64,000 nucleotides of DNA from the human T2T-CHM13v2.0 reference genome, Homo sapiens. Both the position numbers and the translations under genes were made by a program. Numbering within the stretch: position 1 is the first letter of the stretch; the number at the start of each line of letters is the position of its first letter. Below are positions 27,785 through 41,689 of the stretch, piece after piece. Location: NCBI RefSeq assembly GCF_009914755.1, contig NC_060927.1; one strand, written 5' to 3'. The notes under the pieces were generated by a model that did no database searches, had not been told where the DNA came from, and saw only the letters and a list, made by a program, of their open reading frames with translations.

Positions 27785-27975
27785 CTTTTGCTAGCGACCC
27801 TTTCAGGGCCTTGGAAGAAGGTCCTGTACCAATGAAGCACCATGAGACTCTTTTTAAAATTTTTATTTATTTATTTATTTTGAGATGGAGTCTCGCTCTG
27901 TTGCCAGGCTGGAGTGCAGTGGCACAATCTTGGCTCACTGCAATCAGCACCATGGGACTTCATGAGCTTCACAGC
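27785..27975 (-). mobile_element. hAT-Tip100 (Zaphod/MER115-like) terminal fragment
   Basis: TTGCTAGCGACCC..CAGGGCCTTGGAAGAAGGTCC..TTCATGAGCTTCACAG. Confidence 0.45.
27850..27945 (-). mobile_element. Severely 5'-truncated Alu (~65 bp plus tail)
   Basis: GAGATGGAGTCTCGCTCTGTTGCCAGGCTGG..CACTGCAA; TSD AGCACCATGRGACT at 27836 and 27946. Confidence 0.9.
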
Positions 27976-28700
27976 AGGAAGGCCTCAACAGAATTCATCA
28001 CATCTGAAAAATGAAAATGGGATGAGAACAAATGTCCTGTACTCCACAGTCTGCATGGGTTTTCTCTAGCAGGGTCTACTTTTGACTGTGCTTAAAGGTA
28101 AAAATGTGCTGCTTCTGTTCTTGTTCGCACACATTGTGTACTACAAACATCCACAACAATAATCTTTCCATTATTAAACCAGTTATTGTATGCTAGAAGA
28201 GACTAAAACTTCTATTATCTAATGTGTCTCTGAAAAAGAACCTTTTGTTATTTTAACATACCTCTTAATTATCAAGTGACAGCTTGTAGGCCCACCTTAA
28301 AAGCTCGTTGATTGGAAGATTGATGGTTCAGTGACTGAAAAAGCAAAAAATCAGGCTGCAAACATTATGGGACTCCTTCTAAAATTTAACACTGATCTTA
28401 TCACCTTAGAAACAACTTCCTCTATGGTGTTTTTATGGGATTCATTGAAGAAATAGTTGCCTGTTCTAAAATCTGTTGGAATTTGCACAAGTGTCTAAAG
28501 ATCTACTAAGAGATTAAGGTTTCAAGATAAGGCAACTACTGGTTATACAGTATGTTTATGAAACCCTATATAGTCTGACACTTGGTTAGCATAAAAGTGA
28601 CCTCTCTTTCACTATATGTAAAAATAATTGTAGTCTTTTCTGTTAGAAGAACTTCTTTTGGAATAATTAGATTTACAATAGTTGCATTAAATTTTTTTTC

Positions 28701-30786
28701 TCCAAGATGGTGAATTAGAGGGTTTCAGTGAGGCTCGGCCCCTTGTAAATAGAACGACAGTGCATAAAGATCAACTCTGCAAGCTTTCATTCAAGAAGGA
28801 AAGTGAGAATCCACCGGAATAATGGAAGACAATCCCAGGTCCAGAGAAGAGAGTGCTGGCAAACATTTCCTGTGACAGCGTCCAGCTAATAAAAGTGAGT
28901 GCAGCCCCAGTGTGTGAGAGAGACAGAGGTTCTCTCTCTGTGACTCACCTTCCCACTGGGGATCCAAGCAACCCAGGCCAAGAGAGAGCACTTTGCTTCC
29001 CACCTCCTGGAGTTAAGGAGAGGCTTGGAGATGCTGTGTGGGAAAGACACTGGGAATATCTGCAGACCTTTTCCCAGATCCAAGACTGAGAGCCGGATGC
29101 CATTTTTAATACAGATGCATGCAAAGTCAGCCATTTGGTGACCCAGCAGTGTGACTGTGCAGGCATTTTCATCTAAGGGCAGAAATTGGAGCAATTACTC
29201 TGAAGTGGGTTAGCCAGAACTGTGAAAAGCACCTCAGTAGTAGGGGCTAGAATTGTGTTCTCCCCTCTTGTAGGCCTGGGATTTGAGGAGAGCTGCTATA
29301 GCTGAAGTTTCTCTTGGGTGCTGAGACTTAGTGCCAGGGCGAGCTTGTTGACTTGGAACTGATCTGCATATGCCATTGCTGTGTGCCCTACACTACTTCC
29401 CTGAGAACATGGTGTAGCAGGGCCCTCACTGCTTCACCACAAGCAGAAATTCAGGCATTTGGAGCACCTACTTGCCTGGGCCAGCAGCCTGAGCTGCCCC
29501 ACCCTTCCCAGACATAGGTCTTTGTGCAGGAGGACTCTCCACTCCATGCCCAGGCAGGTTTCCAGGCATCAGGAGCACCCTAATTCAGCAGGCTGAGACA
29601 CCTCATCCTTCCTGGCAGAGATCCTGGTGCAGGGGGACCCTCTCTGCTCCACACTTAGGTAGATCTCCAGTCATTTAGAGCACGGGCTTTCCTGGTGCAG
29701 CAGCCTAAGTTGCCCCATTCATCTTGTGCAGAGATTCTGATGCAAGGGGGGCCTCTCTGCTCCACAACCAGGCATATCTCCAGGCACCTATAGCAACAAC
29801 TCTCCTGGAATAGGAGCTTAGGCTATGCCCTGATCTCTATGCAGGGAACTTGGAGCAAAGGAGGTTGCCCAGCTCCATACCTAGGCCTACCTCTTGGTAC
29901 CTGGCAGCCACCCAGTAGATTCTCCCTTGGCACTGGTTCTTGTGCCTGCCATTAGAGGACTTGCAGGCAGACCTGCCCAGTCTGGCCCTACTTTTCGTGG
30001 GTCCTGCCTTTCTACCCCAGAGATGAGCAGGGAGCTTAGACCACTATGCATTCCACCAGTCAGCCCATTGCTTGATTAAACAAGGATCAGGTATATACAT
30101 AACCGTGTTGGCTGTAGTCAGCTCATACCTATAAGTACCATCTATGGGCTTGTAGCACAAACTGCATATCCCAATACAAATCCTGATGAAAGAAATGCCT
30201 AGAATTATAGAAGCAAAGCCAAAGACCCTACCCAGCATTTTCTACAATCACATTCCCTAGGGAGAGGAGGAAACAAAAAGGTAAAGAAAAAAATTAATAA
30301 CATTAAAGGGAAAGAAAGAAAAATAAAAAAATAATATTCACACTAAAATCATTACAAAAATTAGAAGTGCCAACATCTCTAGATGAGAAGAAACCAGCAC
30401 AGAGTTTGAGCTCCATGAAAAGTCTGAATGTAGTGACACCATTAAAGGATGATACTAGTTCTCCAGCCATGGTCTTTAGCCAAAATGGAAACTCAGAAAT
30501 AACAGATAAAGAATTCAACACATGAATTGCAAGGAAGGTCACTGAGATCCAAGATGAGGTCTAAAATCAACACAAAGACACTTCTAAAGCAACCCAGGAA
30601 ATAAATTAAGAGATAAACATCTTAGAAATCATTCAGAGCTTCTGGAATTAAAAAATTTACTTAAAAAATTTCAAAGTACAACTGAAAGCTTTGTCAATAG
30701 ATTGGATGAAGCAGAATCTCAGAACTCAAAGAATGGTCTTTTGAACTAATCCAATCTGATAAAAATAAAGAAAAGATAATTTTAAA
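28701..30786 (+). mobile_element. L1PA15/16-type 5'UTR plus N-terminal ORF1, 3'-truncated
   Basis: CCAAGATGG start, GTGCATAAAGATCAACTCTG, monomer array, ORF1 ATGAGAAGAAACCAG at ~30383; no ORF2 or 3'UTR follows. Confidence 0.85.
29403..29900 (+). repeat. ~110-bp tandem monomers (~4.5 copies) in L1 5'UTR
   Basis: Unit GAGATCCTGGTGCAGGGGG..CTCCA..CAGGCA..GGAGCAC..CAGCAGCCTGAG starts near 29403, 29514, 29618, 29731, 29844. Confidence 0.85.
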
Positions 30787-31280
30787 TTTTTTTCAAATAC
30801 GTGGTTTTATGTAATGTAGGCCCAGTGCAAGTGTCATTGAGCTATATCTGTTTAGTGTAGTATGGTCACTGGTTAGCTTCTGTGAAACCTATATAGTTGC
30901 CTACTATTTTAAATCACAGTTTTTCATGATGAAAGCAACCTAATTTTTGTGAGAGATATGGATTTTAGTAGTGACATATGAGCAAGTATTATTACTGCCT
31001 AAACTAAAAATGATCAGATTTTAAGCTGTTCAGGGTAAATTCATTGTGTGCCTGATTTTAAGGACACATAGTCCTAATAATCAGAACTCTCAGTTTCTGA
31101 ATATTTGATATTATAACTTGCAAAAAATTTTACTTGAAATTTACTCACCACACAAAATAATCTATTGTAATAAATATGTATGTATATGCTACTGAAAATA
31201 TTTTAGTTACACATGAGTTCCAGATGAGAGGTTGCAGAGTCCATTGGATTCTTAATATAGCTGTTTTTCCAAGAGGATTT

Positions 31281-31411
31281 CATGTCTTATTATTGTTTTA
31301 ATGTAGGGTACTATATTATCATGTGTTTATTATGGTTTTAATATAGTCTCTATTATTCTCCTGTGTTTATAATGGTTTTAATATAGTCTCTATTATTCTC
31401 CTGTGTTTATA
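31281..31411. repeat. 40-bp minisatellite, ~3.3 copies
   Basis: ATGGTTTTAATATAGTCTCTATTATTCTCCTGTGTTTATA repeated near-perfectly twice, plus a degenerate first copy. Confidence 0.9.
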
Positions 31412-31831
31412 TAAGTATCGTCCAAGCAGGCGGAAAGGCTCTTTAAGAAAGTAGGTGAGTCTAAGAGACCTAGAAAATTGTATAGATTAATAGGAAACTT
31501 GGAAATAATAAGAGCTATTGAGAGAAGTGTGAATATAAAAGGGATTGAATCAAAATTTAAAATCATAGATCCTGCTAAAGAGTCTGGATTTATTGAAATG
31601 GATGTTCAAAGTATTGAAGAACTCTTAGCATCAAATAGTGACAAAATCACTCTCTAGAGAAACATTCAATTTGATGTTCATCACTGGTCCAAGGAGAAGA
31701 AAGATGAAGAGCAAATGATAGTAAAGTTTTAAAATAAATTTTATAACTATGTACAATGTGGTTGTTGAAAGTGAGTGATGGTGTCCTGAGTAGATGAATC
31801 ACATCCAAAAGTTGTAATTGTGTATGTAGCA

Positions 31832-32246
31832 TGTGTCTTTGTTTTGTTTCTGTGACAAAATACCAAGGACTGAGTAACTTATAAAGAAAAAAAATATTTC
31901 TGACAGTTCTGAAGGCTGGGAAGTCCAATATCAAGGTTCTGGCATATAATGAGGGCCTTCTTACGATGTCACTCCCATGGTGGAAGTCATCATATGGGGA
32001 GAGAGTGTAAGTGGACAGGAAAGAGAGGGACAGGAAAGAGAGGCAAGTGAGGGTTAAACTCACTTTTATAACAAACCCACTCCCATAAAAACTAACCTAC
32101 TCCTAAGATAATGACATTAATCCATTCATGACAGCAGAGTGCTCATGACACAGTCACCTCTTTTTAGGCCCTACCTCTCAACACTGTTGCATTGGAGATT
32201 AAGCTTCCAACACATGAACTTTGGAGGACATATTCCGACCATAGCA
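31832..32246 (-). mobile_element. MST (MSTC/D-like) solo LTR
   Basis: CAGTTCTGAAGGCTGGGAAGTCCAATATCAAGG..CATTAATCCATTCATG..ACCATAGCA. Confidence 0.88.
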
Positions 32247-32819
32247 CCTTGTGTTGTCAGGAGGAAAGGGAACACAAATGTGTCTATTATGAAGGTTTGT
32301 TAGCTTCTTTGGCCCATTGCTTCATACATGGCTTTAGTCAAAGATAATGGTCCTCCAATTTCAGAGTCTTGAGGGTCAAGAAGAAAAGATTACCTCTTCT
32401 TCCTTAGATTCAGAAACTTGGAAATTTACTGTTTTACCTATTCTTTCATCAGCTCACTCACATTCACCCCTACTGCCACCAAATAGCAAGACTGACTACA
32501 GTCTCCAAACCTCTCTTCTTGCTAATAAACTAGAGAAACTCTTCTATTTGCAGGAAACCATTAAAAAGTGCTTTACCAAGGATGACATTTCAACCATTGG
32601 TTATCTATAACATATTTGACTATTTGTATTATAGCACATTTTCATTGAAATACAGATGGAAAATATAATTATACCTGATACTGTGCAGTATCAAGTTGTT
32701 TCAGTGGTAGATAATTAGGAATTGATAATTGCTTCTGCATCTCCAGTGTTTAGACATAGTAGGAGATCAAACTTTTGATGAATCAATGAATGAATAATAA
32801 AAGAAATAGCTAATCCTAA

Positions 32820-33200
<381 letters not shown>

Positions 33201-33888
33201 TACGTAAACTTTTGAAACAGAAAATCTCATGTCAGAATTTTCCTGTTAGAATTTTCTATGATTCCCTTATTGAGACCTATGTTTTCTCTTCCTACTCAAT
33301 CTGTAATTGCTTATTTTAGTGTTTTATACTTTAGATGCAGACTTACTTTCACTCTCTGGATGAAACTGCTCCTTCTGGAACTATGTCTAATGTGCTACTC
33401 TACAAGCCAAAAGATCACATAGGCATAGTCTAAGAGAAAAGTCATATGTAATTACTTGCTGCACAAATGGCTTTAGATCATGACAGCAGATCCTTTATTC
33501 CACTTCATAAACTTAGACATTTATGCTATGGCTCCAGCTCTACCACTCCTTTCTCCAAAGACACAAGAGTTCTCCCTCACTGTAATGCAGAAATCTTATG
33601 ACAAGCCTTCTCTTTTGCCCTGGGTGCTGACATTATGGTGGACTATCACTTCATTTCCATGTGCTCTTTCCTCTGGAGAAGTTTTCCGGTGCTGCCTAAC
33701 TAGAAGGCTGTCTCATCTCCTCACAAATTTAATTGCTGCGTATGGTAAGTATTTCTTTCTTTCTGTTAGGGTTGAGGATGGAAATTTCACTCAGATTTGC
33801 AGCACAGTAAAGAACAGTTTTCAAGCCTTTTTTTTTTTTTTTTTGGAAAAGCTAATTCACTGAATTTCTCAGGAAAGCATTTAGAAAT

Positions 33889-34287
33889 TTCTACAGTTTG
33901 AATAAGTCCCTCAAAAACCATGTGTTGAAAACGTAATCCCTAATGCAGTGGTGTTGAGAAGTGGAAATTTAAAAGGTGATTAGATAATCACATGAAGGCT
34001 CTGTCTTCACGAATGGATTAATTTCATTATTGTGGAGTGGTTTCCTGAGAAGAAGGATTGAGTTTCCCTCCCTTTCTTCCTTGCTTTTTTGCCCCTTCTT
34101 TCTTTCACATGCATTCTCTTGTCTTTTCCTCTTGCTATGAGATAATGCAGCACAAAGACCCTCACCAGATGCCAGTGCCATGCTTTTGGACTTTCCAGAC
34201 TCCAGAACAGTGAGCCAAATAATTTTTTCCTTGTATAGTATCCAGTCTCAGATATCCTGTTATAGCAGCAGCAAATAAGCTAAGACA
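33889..34287 (+). mobile_element. MSTD-like solo LTR
   Basis: CATGTGTTGAAAACGTAATCCC..CCCTCACCAGATGCCAG..CTAAGACA; TSD GAAAT/GGAAT. Confidence 0.88.
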
Positions 34288-34619
34288 GGAATGCTGACCT
34301 CTTTCTACTTATGTATTTTTATTTGGTTTCCAGGAATGAAAAGCTATCAAATAAGCATGCTTCCCCTGGCCATAACAAAATTAAGTAATTTGAGTGTGTC
34401 CTGCTGCTTTATTTTCTTATCTGCCTTTCTTATCTTTAATGAACTTGGAAATTATTTTTCTTTTAAAACCACATATGCAACATCTTGTGTTTCTGTCTAT
34501 TTCGTTTCTGTTGATATTTTCTATTGACCAAAAATCTTGAGAAGTAAATAGAAATTTGTAGCTTTTATATAATAAAAGAGGAAGCTACATTATATTGAGC
34601 ATAAACAGTTTCTTAACAA

Positions 34620-35000
34620 TGACACCATATATTTTTAAACTATTAATTCAGAACAAACTTAAAAACCTCTGTAGAAATTATGATTCTTGCCAAAGATTAT
34701 CAATGGTTGCTAACATCACACACAAAAAAGCAAAAAGACATTATGTGCCTCTTATAAATCACAATATTATCACCAAAATATTGTTGCCACAAAATTAAAG
34801 TTTGATCAAGTCTACATCTAACTAGCACTTTTCAGGAAATGCAGGGACAAGGGACATGCTAACATCACAGGAATGCCATCAGTAAAATCCAGAACTTTCT
34901 TATTCAACAAATAAATTGTAAGGAGAAGAAAAGGAGTTGGAGAAAAATTATAAATCTAGAGGCTCAAAAGATTCATCAACCAACATTCACCTAGATCCTG
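34620..35000 (+). mobile_element. L1MC4/5-like 3'UTR fragment
   Basis: GCTAACATCAC..GACATTATGTGCCTC..CAGGAAATGCAGGGACA..TTCAACAAATAAATTG. Confidence 0.65.
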
Positions 35001-36800
35001 AGAGAGGAAAAAGTTGGAATTGTTGCCCAAATTTTTCATTTGACTAATAAGAGAATGGAGCCTTAGAAAGACTAAATAACTTGGCCAAGTTCATACAGCT
35101 ACAAGAACCCTGACTGCCAAAACTCCTGTTTTCTGAGGCGATATGGCTTAGAAGCAGAATGGAATATCTTACAATATACATGTAGGACATGATTTCTTAC
35201 TTCTGAGCTCAAATAAAAAGTGAATAATTGTATAAAATTCTATTTGATCATATAAATAAATAGTAGCATTAATTTGTCTTATTCAATTTAAATTTTATTA
35301 TTGGTTATATGTAACATCTGTAATATCCTATCATATTCTACATTGAAAAAGGAATTAAGATAAAATAGAAACAGAAACATCTCACATATTTTTTACCTCA
35401 GGGTTTAAATTTACTCTTTTTATGTGCATGGCACTAGCTAAGGAGGATGTACATATAATGCTAAATTTGCCTTTGAGCCAAATTTATAGCAAATTTGGTA
35501 TACAACAAAAACCAAAATAACTTCATTTGATTACTACTCTTGTTCATGAACTAGAATTAATATAGACCAGAGCTTCCCTAATCATTTTTATAAATATATT
35601 TGAAACTGATGTTGCAGTTTACTGTGTAAGGAGAAAAACTTTCTCTTCCTTTAACATAGTTAAATCTCTTATACAAGATCTCATTCTTTATACCTTTTAT
35701 GAGAGTGAGCAACAGGAGAAAATCAACCTTGGGAAAGTAAACATGCTCAAGGGAAGATATGGTATAAAAAAATCTGCTTCATTTAAAAAAGAAACAACTC
35801 TGCATTCATACTTACCCATGTGTGTAAGACGAAAGGATTCAAAGCATGAGAAGATTCAATGAATAGAGAAAAGATTCTAAATGTTTTACTATTTAGTCAA
35901 CAAAGACTGCATTTATAATATGTTTTAAAAATATGTATAAAGGAAGACTTTTTTGCCACTCCTTTCTCATTATGGCCATATTTTTCTTAACTTTTGAACT
36001 TCATAAAATGTCCATGACTATATTCCAATCATATATTGAAAACATAATGATTCTACCAATGAGATAGTGCAACCATAAGGCATATTTGTTCATCAGTCAT
36101 GTAAAAAGAGTGGCTGGCAATAGATAGCACATAGCTTCTTGAGTATAAAAATACAATTCATTTGTTGAACAATTTAGATAATTTAGTAGTTTTGGGTTTT
36201 GGGTTTTCACTCAGGAAATAATCACTCTATATTCAACTGATAAATGAGAAAATCTGGAGTGATTCTGAAGGAAGTGAGTGAACAAATATTTATTGAGTGC
36301 CTATTGTGCATAAGGCACAGGACTGTGTATGCCCTTTTGAGAAAGTAAAATGAATAAAACGGCATTTCAAATGATAAACATTTGACATGATAAATATTGA
36401 GATGATAAACATTAAAATGTCAAGTATAAGACAGAGAGACGAGGGCCTATAGACTTAATATTGTGTAGAGGAACCAGTTAGAAATATTTTCTGGTTTGGA
36501 AGTTATATCTGTAACTGAATCAAAGTGCATATTTTAACTTTTGATCTAGGTTAATAAAGTTTTATGGTAAAATGGATAATCCAAAACAGTAGACAACCAT
36601 GGATCTTGCTCTAGCAGTTAATTCATTTATTCATTCACCTATTCATCAAATATTTGAGTGACTCTTTTATGCAAAGTATTGTATAATTATCTTTTTTCTT
36701 ATTTAATCATTTTCCTCTCATTAGACTTTTAGCATATTCATAAATTTATGCCCAACCCACTTTTAAAATTCCTTGATTTCACTCTTTCCCCATGTTTCTA

Positions 36801-38409
36801 TTTTTTTTTAATTTTTTTTTCAGCTTTTATTTTATGTTCAGGGGGTACAAGTGCACATTTGTTACAAGGGTAAATTGCGTGTCACTGGAGTTTGGTATGC
36901 AAATAATTAAGTCACCCAGATAATGAGGATAATACCCAATAGGTAATTTTTCGACCCTCACCCTCCTTCCACTCTCCACCCTCAAGTAGGCTGTGGTGTC
37001 TATTGTTCCCCTCTTTGTATCAACATGTACTCAATGTTTAGCTCCCACTTATAAGTGAGAACATACAGTGTTTGGTTTTCTGTTCTTGAATTAATTTGCT
37101 TAGGATAATGGTCTCCAGTTGCATCCATATTGCTGCAAAGGACATGATTTTGTTCTTTTTTATGGATGCATAGTATTCTATGGTGTATAAATACCATATT
37201 TTCTTTATCCAGCCCAATGTGGATGAGTATTTGGGTTGATTGCATGTATTTGCTATTGTGAGTAGTGTTGTGATGAACATACAGGTGCTTGTGTCTTTTT
37301 GGTAGAACGATTTATATTCTGTTGGTTATATACCCAGTAGTGGGATTGCTGGGTTAAATGGTAGTTCTCAGTTCTTTGAGAAATCTCTAAACTGATTTTC
37401 ACAGTGGCTGAAATAGTTTACATTCCCACTAGCAGTGTATAAATATTTTGTTTTCTCTGCAACGTCACCAGCATCTGTTATTTTTTCACTTTTTATAATA
37501 GCCTTTCTGACTTGTGTGAGTTGTTATCTCATTGTGGTTTTCATTTGCATTTCTCTAATGATTAGCAATGCTGAGCATTGTTTTATATGCTTGCTGGCCA
37601 TGAGTATGTTTTGTTTTCAGAAGCATCTTGTTCTTCACCCATTTTTTAATGGAATTGTTTGTTTTTTGCTTGTTAAACTGTTTAAGTTCCTTATAGATTC
37701 TGGATATCAGATCTTTGTAGGATGCATAGCTTGCAAATATTTTCTCAATTCTGTAAGTTGTCTGTCTACTCTGTTGATAGTTTCTTTTGCTACACAGAAG
37801 CTTTTTAGTTTACTTAGGTCCCACTTGTTAATTTTTGTTTCTGTTGCAATTGCTTGTGGAGACTTTGTCATGAAATCTTTACCAAGGCTGATGTCCAGAA
37901 TGATATTTTCTATGGTTTTATATAGTTTTAGGTTTTACAGTTAAGCCTTTAATCCAGCGTTTGAGTTAATTTTTGTATATGTTGAAAGAATGTGTCCAGT
38001 TTTAATCTTCTGCATATATGGCTAGCCATTTATCTCAGCACCATTTATTGAATAGGAGTCTTTTCTTCTTGTTATTGTTATTTCTTGTTATTGTTAACTT
38101 TGTCAAACATCAGATGGTTATAGGTATGTGGCTTTATTTCTGGGTTCTTTAATCTATGTGTCTGTTTTTGTAACGATACCATGCTGTTTTGGTTATTGTA
38201 GCCTTGTAGTATAGTTTGATGTTGAGAAATGTGGTACCTCCAGCTTTGGTATTTTTGTTCAGCATTGCCTTGGCTATTCAGGGTATTTTGTGGTTCCACA
38301 CAAATTTTAGATTTCTTCCCATTTCTGTGAAAAATGACATAGGTGTTTTCATAGGAGTTAAATGGAATGAATAGATTGGTTTGGGTAGTATTATCAGTTT
38401 AACAATATG
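36801..38409 (-). mobile_element. L1PA16-like 3' portion
   Basis: TTCAGGGGGTACAAGTGCAC..GGGTAAATTGCGTGTCACTG 3'UTR; ORF 37038-37280 (KHCMFSLISGS). Confidence 0.9.
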
Positions 38410-38414
38410 AATTA

Positions 38415-39445
38415 TTTGATTTCTTTATTTTGCCTTACTGTTCTGGCTAGACTTCCAGTAATATGTTGAATAAGAATGATGACAGTGGGCATCCTTGGCT
38501 CATTCCAGTGCTTTTTCAGTAAGATGTTAACTGTGGGTTTTTCATAAGTGGTCTTTATTATGTTGACATACTTTTCTTTTATACCTAATTTATAAAAGTT
38601 TTATCAAGAAAGGATGCATTGCAGTAAGTGAAGACAGTGGTCAAAAGAGAAAGCCCTCTTATTGGAAGTAGATTTGGTCTAGATGAAGAAAGCCCAAAGC
38701 ATAAAGACACATGCTTGTGAATGTTCATTGCAGCACTGTTCAAAGATATGGAATCAATCTAAATGCCCATCAATGACAGATTGGATTAAGAAAATGTGGT
38801 ACATATACACCATGGAATACTATGCAGCCATAAAAAGAATGTGATTATTTCTTTTGTGGAAACATGGATGGAGCTGGACACCATTGTCCTTAGCAAACTA
38901 ATGCAGGAACAGAAAACCAAATACTGCATGTTCTCATGAATAAGTGGGAGCTAAGTGATAACTCATAGACATAAAGTGGGGAATGATAGATACTGGGGAC
39001 TACTTGTGGATGAAGGGTGGCAGAAGGGAGAGGATCAGAAAAAATAACACTTGGGTACTAGGCTTAGTACTCTGGTGATGAAATAATCTGTACAACAAAC
39101 CTCCGTGACATGAGTTTACCTATGTAAAAAACCTGCATGTGTACCTCTAAATCTCAAATAGAAGTTTTTAAAAAAGAGACATTAAATTTTATTAAAAGTT
39201 TTGTTCTGAATCTATTGAGATGGTCATATGTTTTTTCCTTCATTGTATTGATGTGACATATGGCATTTACTGATTTGCATGTATTAAACTGTCCTTTTAT
39301 CCCTGGGATAAATCCTACTTGATCAGTGTTTATGTTGTTGGACTTTGCTAGTATTTTGTCGAGGATTTTTGTGTCTGTGTTCATTAGGGATATTAGCCAG
39401 TTGTTTTCCTTTTTTGTTGTCTCTTTGTCTGGTTTTGCTATTGAA
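38415..39445 (-). mobile_element. L1MA ORF2 (RT region) fragment, interrupted at 38621-39175
   Basis: CTGGCTAGACTTCCAGTAATATGTTGAAT; ORF 39154-39384 (DQVGFIPG). Confidence 0.8.
38701..39175 (+). mobile_element. L1PA13-like 3' end, 5'-truncated
   Basis: ATAAAGACACATGC..AGAAAAAATAACACTTGGGTACTAGGCTTAG..A tail. Confidence 0.88.
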
Positions 39446-40415
<970 letters not shown>

Positions 40416-41392
40416 TAAAATGGACAAAGGACCTAAATAGATATTTCTCAAAAGAACATATGCAAATGACCAACAGGTAAATTTAAAAATGCTCAATGTC
40501 ACTAATCATTAGGAAAGTACAAATTAAAACCACACTAAGATATCATCTGATACCTCTCAGAAAGGCTATTATTATTAAAAGGAGGAAAGATATCAAGTTT
40601 TGGAAAGGATGTGGAGAAAAGGGAATTATTGTATCCTACTGATGAGAATGTAAATTCATACAATCATTTTAAAAACTACATGGAATCTCCTCCAAAAACT
40701 AAAAGTAAAAATACCATATGATGAAGCAATCTCACTTTTGGGTTTATATCTAAATGAAATTAATATATCAAAGAGGTATCTGCTCCCCCATATTCCTTGC
40801 GACAGTATTCATAATAGCCAAAATATGGAATTAAGTGTCCACCAGTAAATAAATGGATAAGGAAAATATAGTGTATATATACAATAAAATACTATGCAGT
40901 CTTAGAAAGAAGAAAATTTTTTTCCATGCAGCAACATAGATGAACATGAAGGATGTTACACTGAGTGAAATAAGACAGTAACAGAAAGATAAATACCACA
41001 GGATCTCAGTTAAATGTGGAATTTTAAAAATGGGAACTCACAGAAGAAGAGGGTAGAATGGTGTCTACCAGGGGCCAGTAGGGGTCTTGGTGGGGGAGAT
41101 GTTGGTCAAAGAACTTAAAATTTTAGTCAGAATGGGAGGAAAAACTTCTGGAGATCTATTGTGCAACATAGCGACCATAGTTAGTAAAAATGTATTGTAT
41201 TCTTGAAAATGTCTAAGAGTGTAGATTTTAAGTGTTTTCCTCACGAAAAAATGATAAGCATGAATGGTAACGCATATGTGAATTAGCTCAATTTAGCTAT
41301 TCCGCAATGAACACATATTTTTAAAACATCATGTTGCACATGATAAATAATACAATTTTATTTGCTAATTTAAAAATAAATTAAAAATTAAA
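40416..41392 (+). mobile_element. L1MA6/7-like 3' portion
   Basis: AAATGGACAAAGGACCTAAATAGATATTTCTC to GGTAACGCATATGTGAATTAGCTC..A tail. Confidence 0.85.
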
Positions 41393-41689
41393 TAGTGAAT
41401 GAAGGACTGAAACAAAAATTTTGTTAATGAGTTCTTATGAGATAGCCCTTGTTATCTCCCTACCCTTGTCTTCCAAAACTAACCTGCATTCTCATCATCA
41501 ATCATTGTGCTTGCAGTTCCAGAATGGATCAATATATTTGCCATCTGTCGTTGCTGTGAACTTTTACAAAATGTCTTTTTACCCTCTCAAAATATAATTT
41601 TGTTGTATTCCCTATATTGTTTATTGCTCTTATGTATTTTATTCTCTGAGTACGATATTTCTGAGTATCACGACAGCCTTCCTTTCTTA

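Noticed and set aside
28559-30900. Shared short motifs TGAAACC(C)TATATAGT and CACT(T)GGTTAGC on both sides of the L1 fragment
   Set aside because: Order is swapped between the two sites and the matches are short; cannot be distinguished from chance.
29403-31411. Repeat arrays as CRISPR-like structures
   Set aside because: Tandem units without unique spacers, in eukaryotic DNA with no cas genes.
37435-37944. 169-aa hydrophobic ORF resembling a membrane protein
   Set aside because: It is the T-rich antisense strand of L1 ORF2; hydrophobicity is a compositional artefact.
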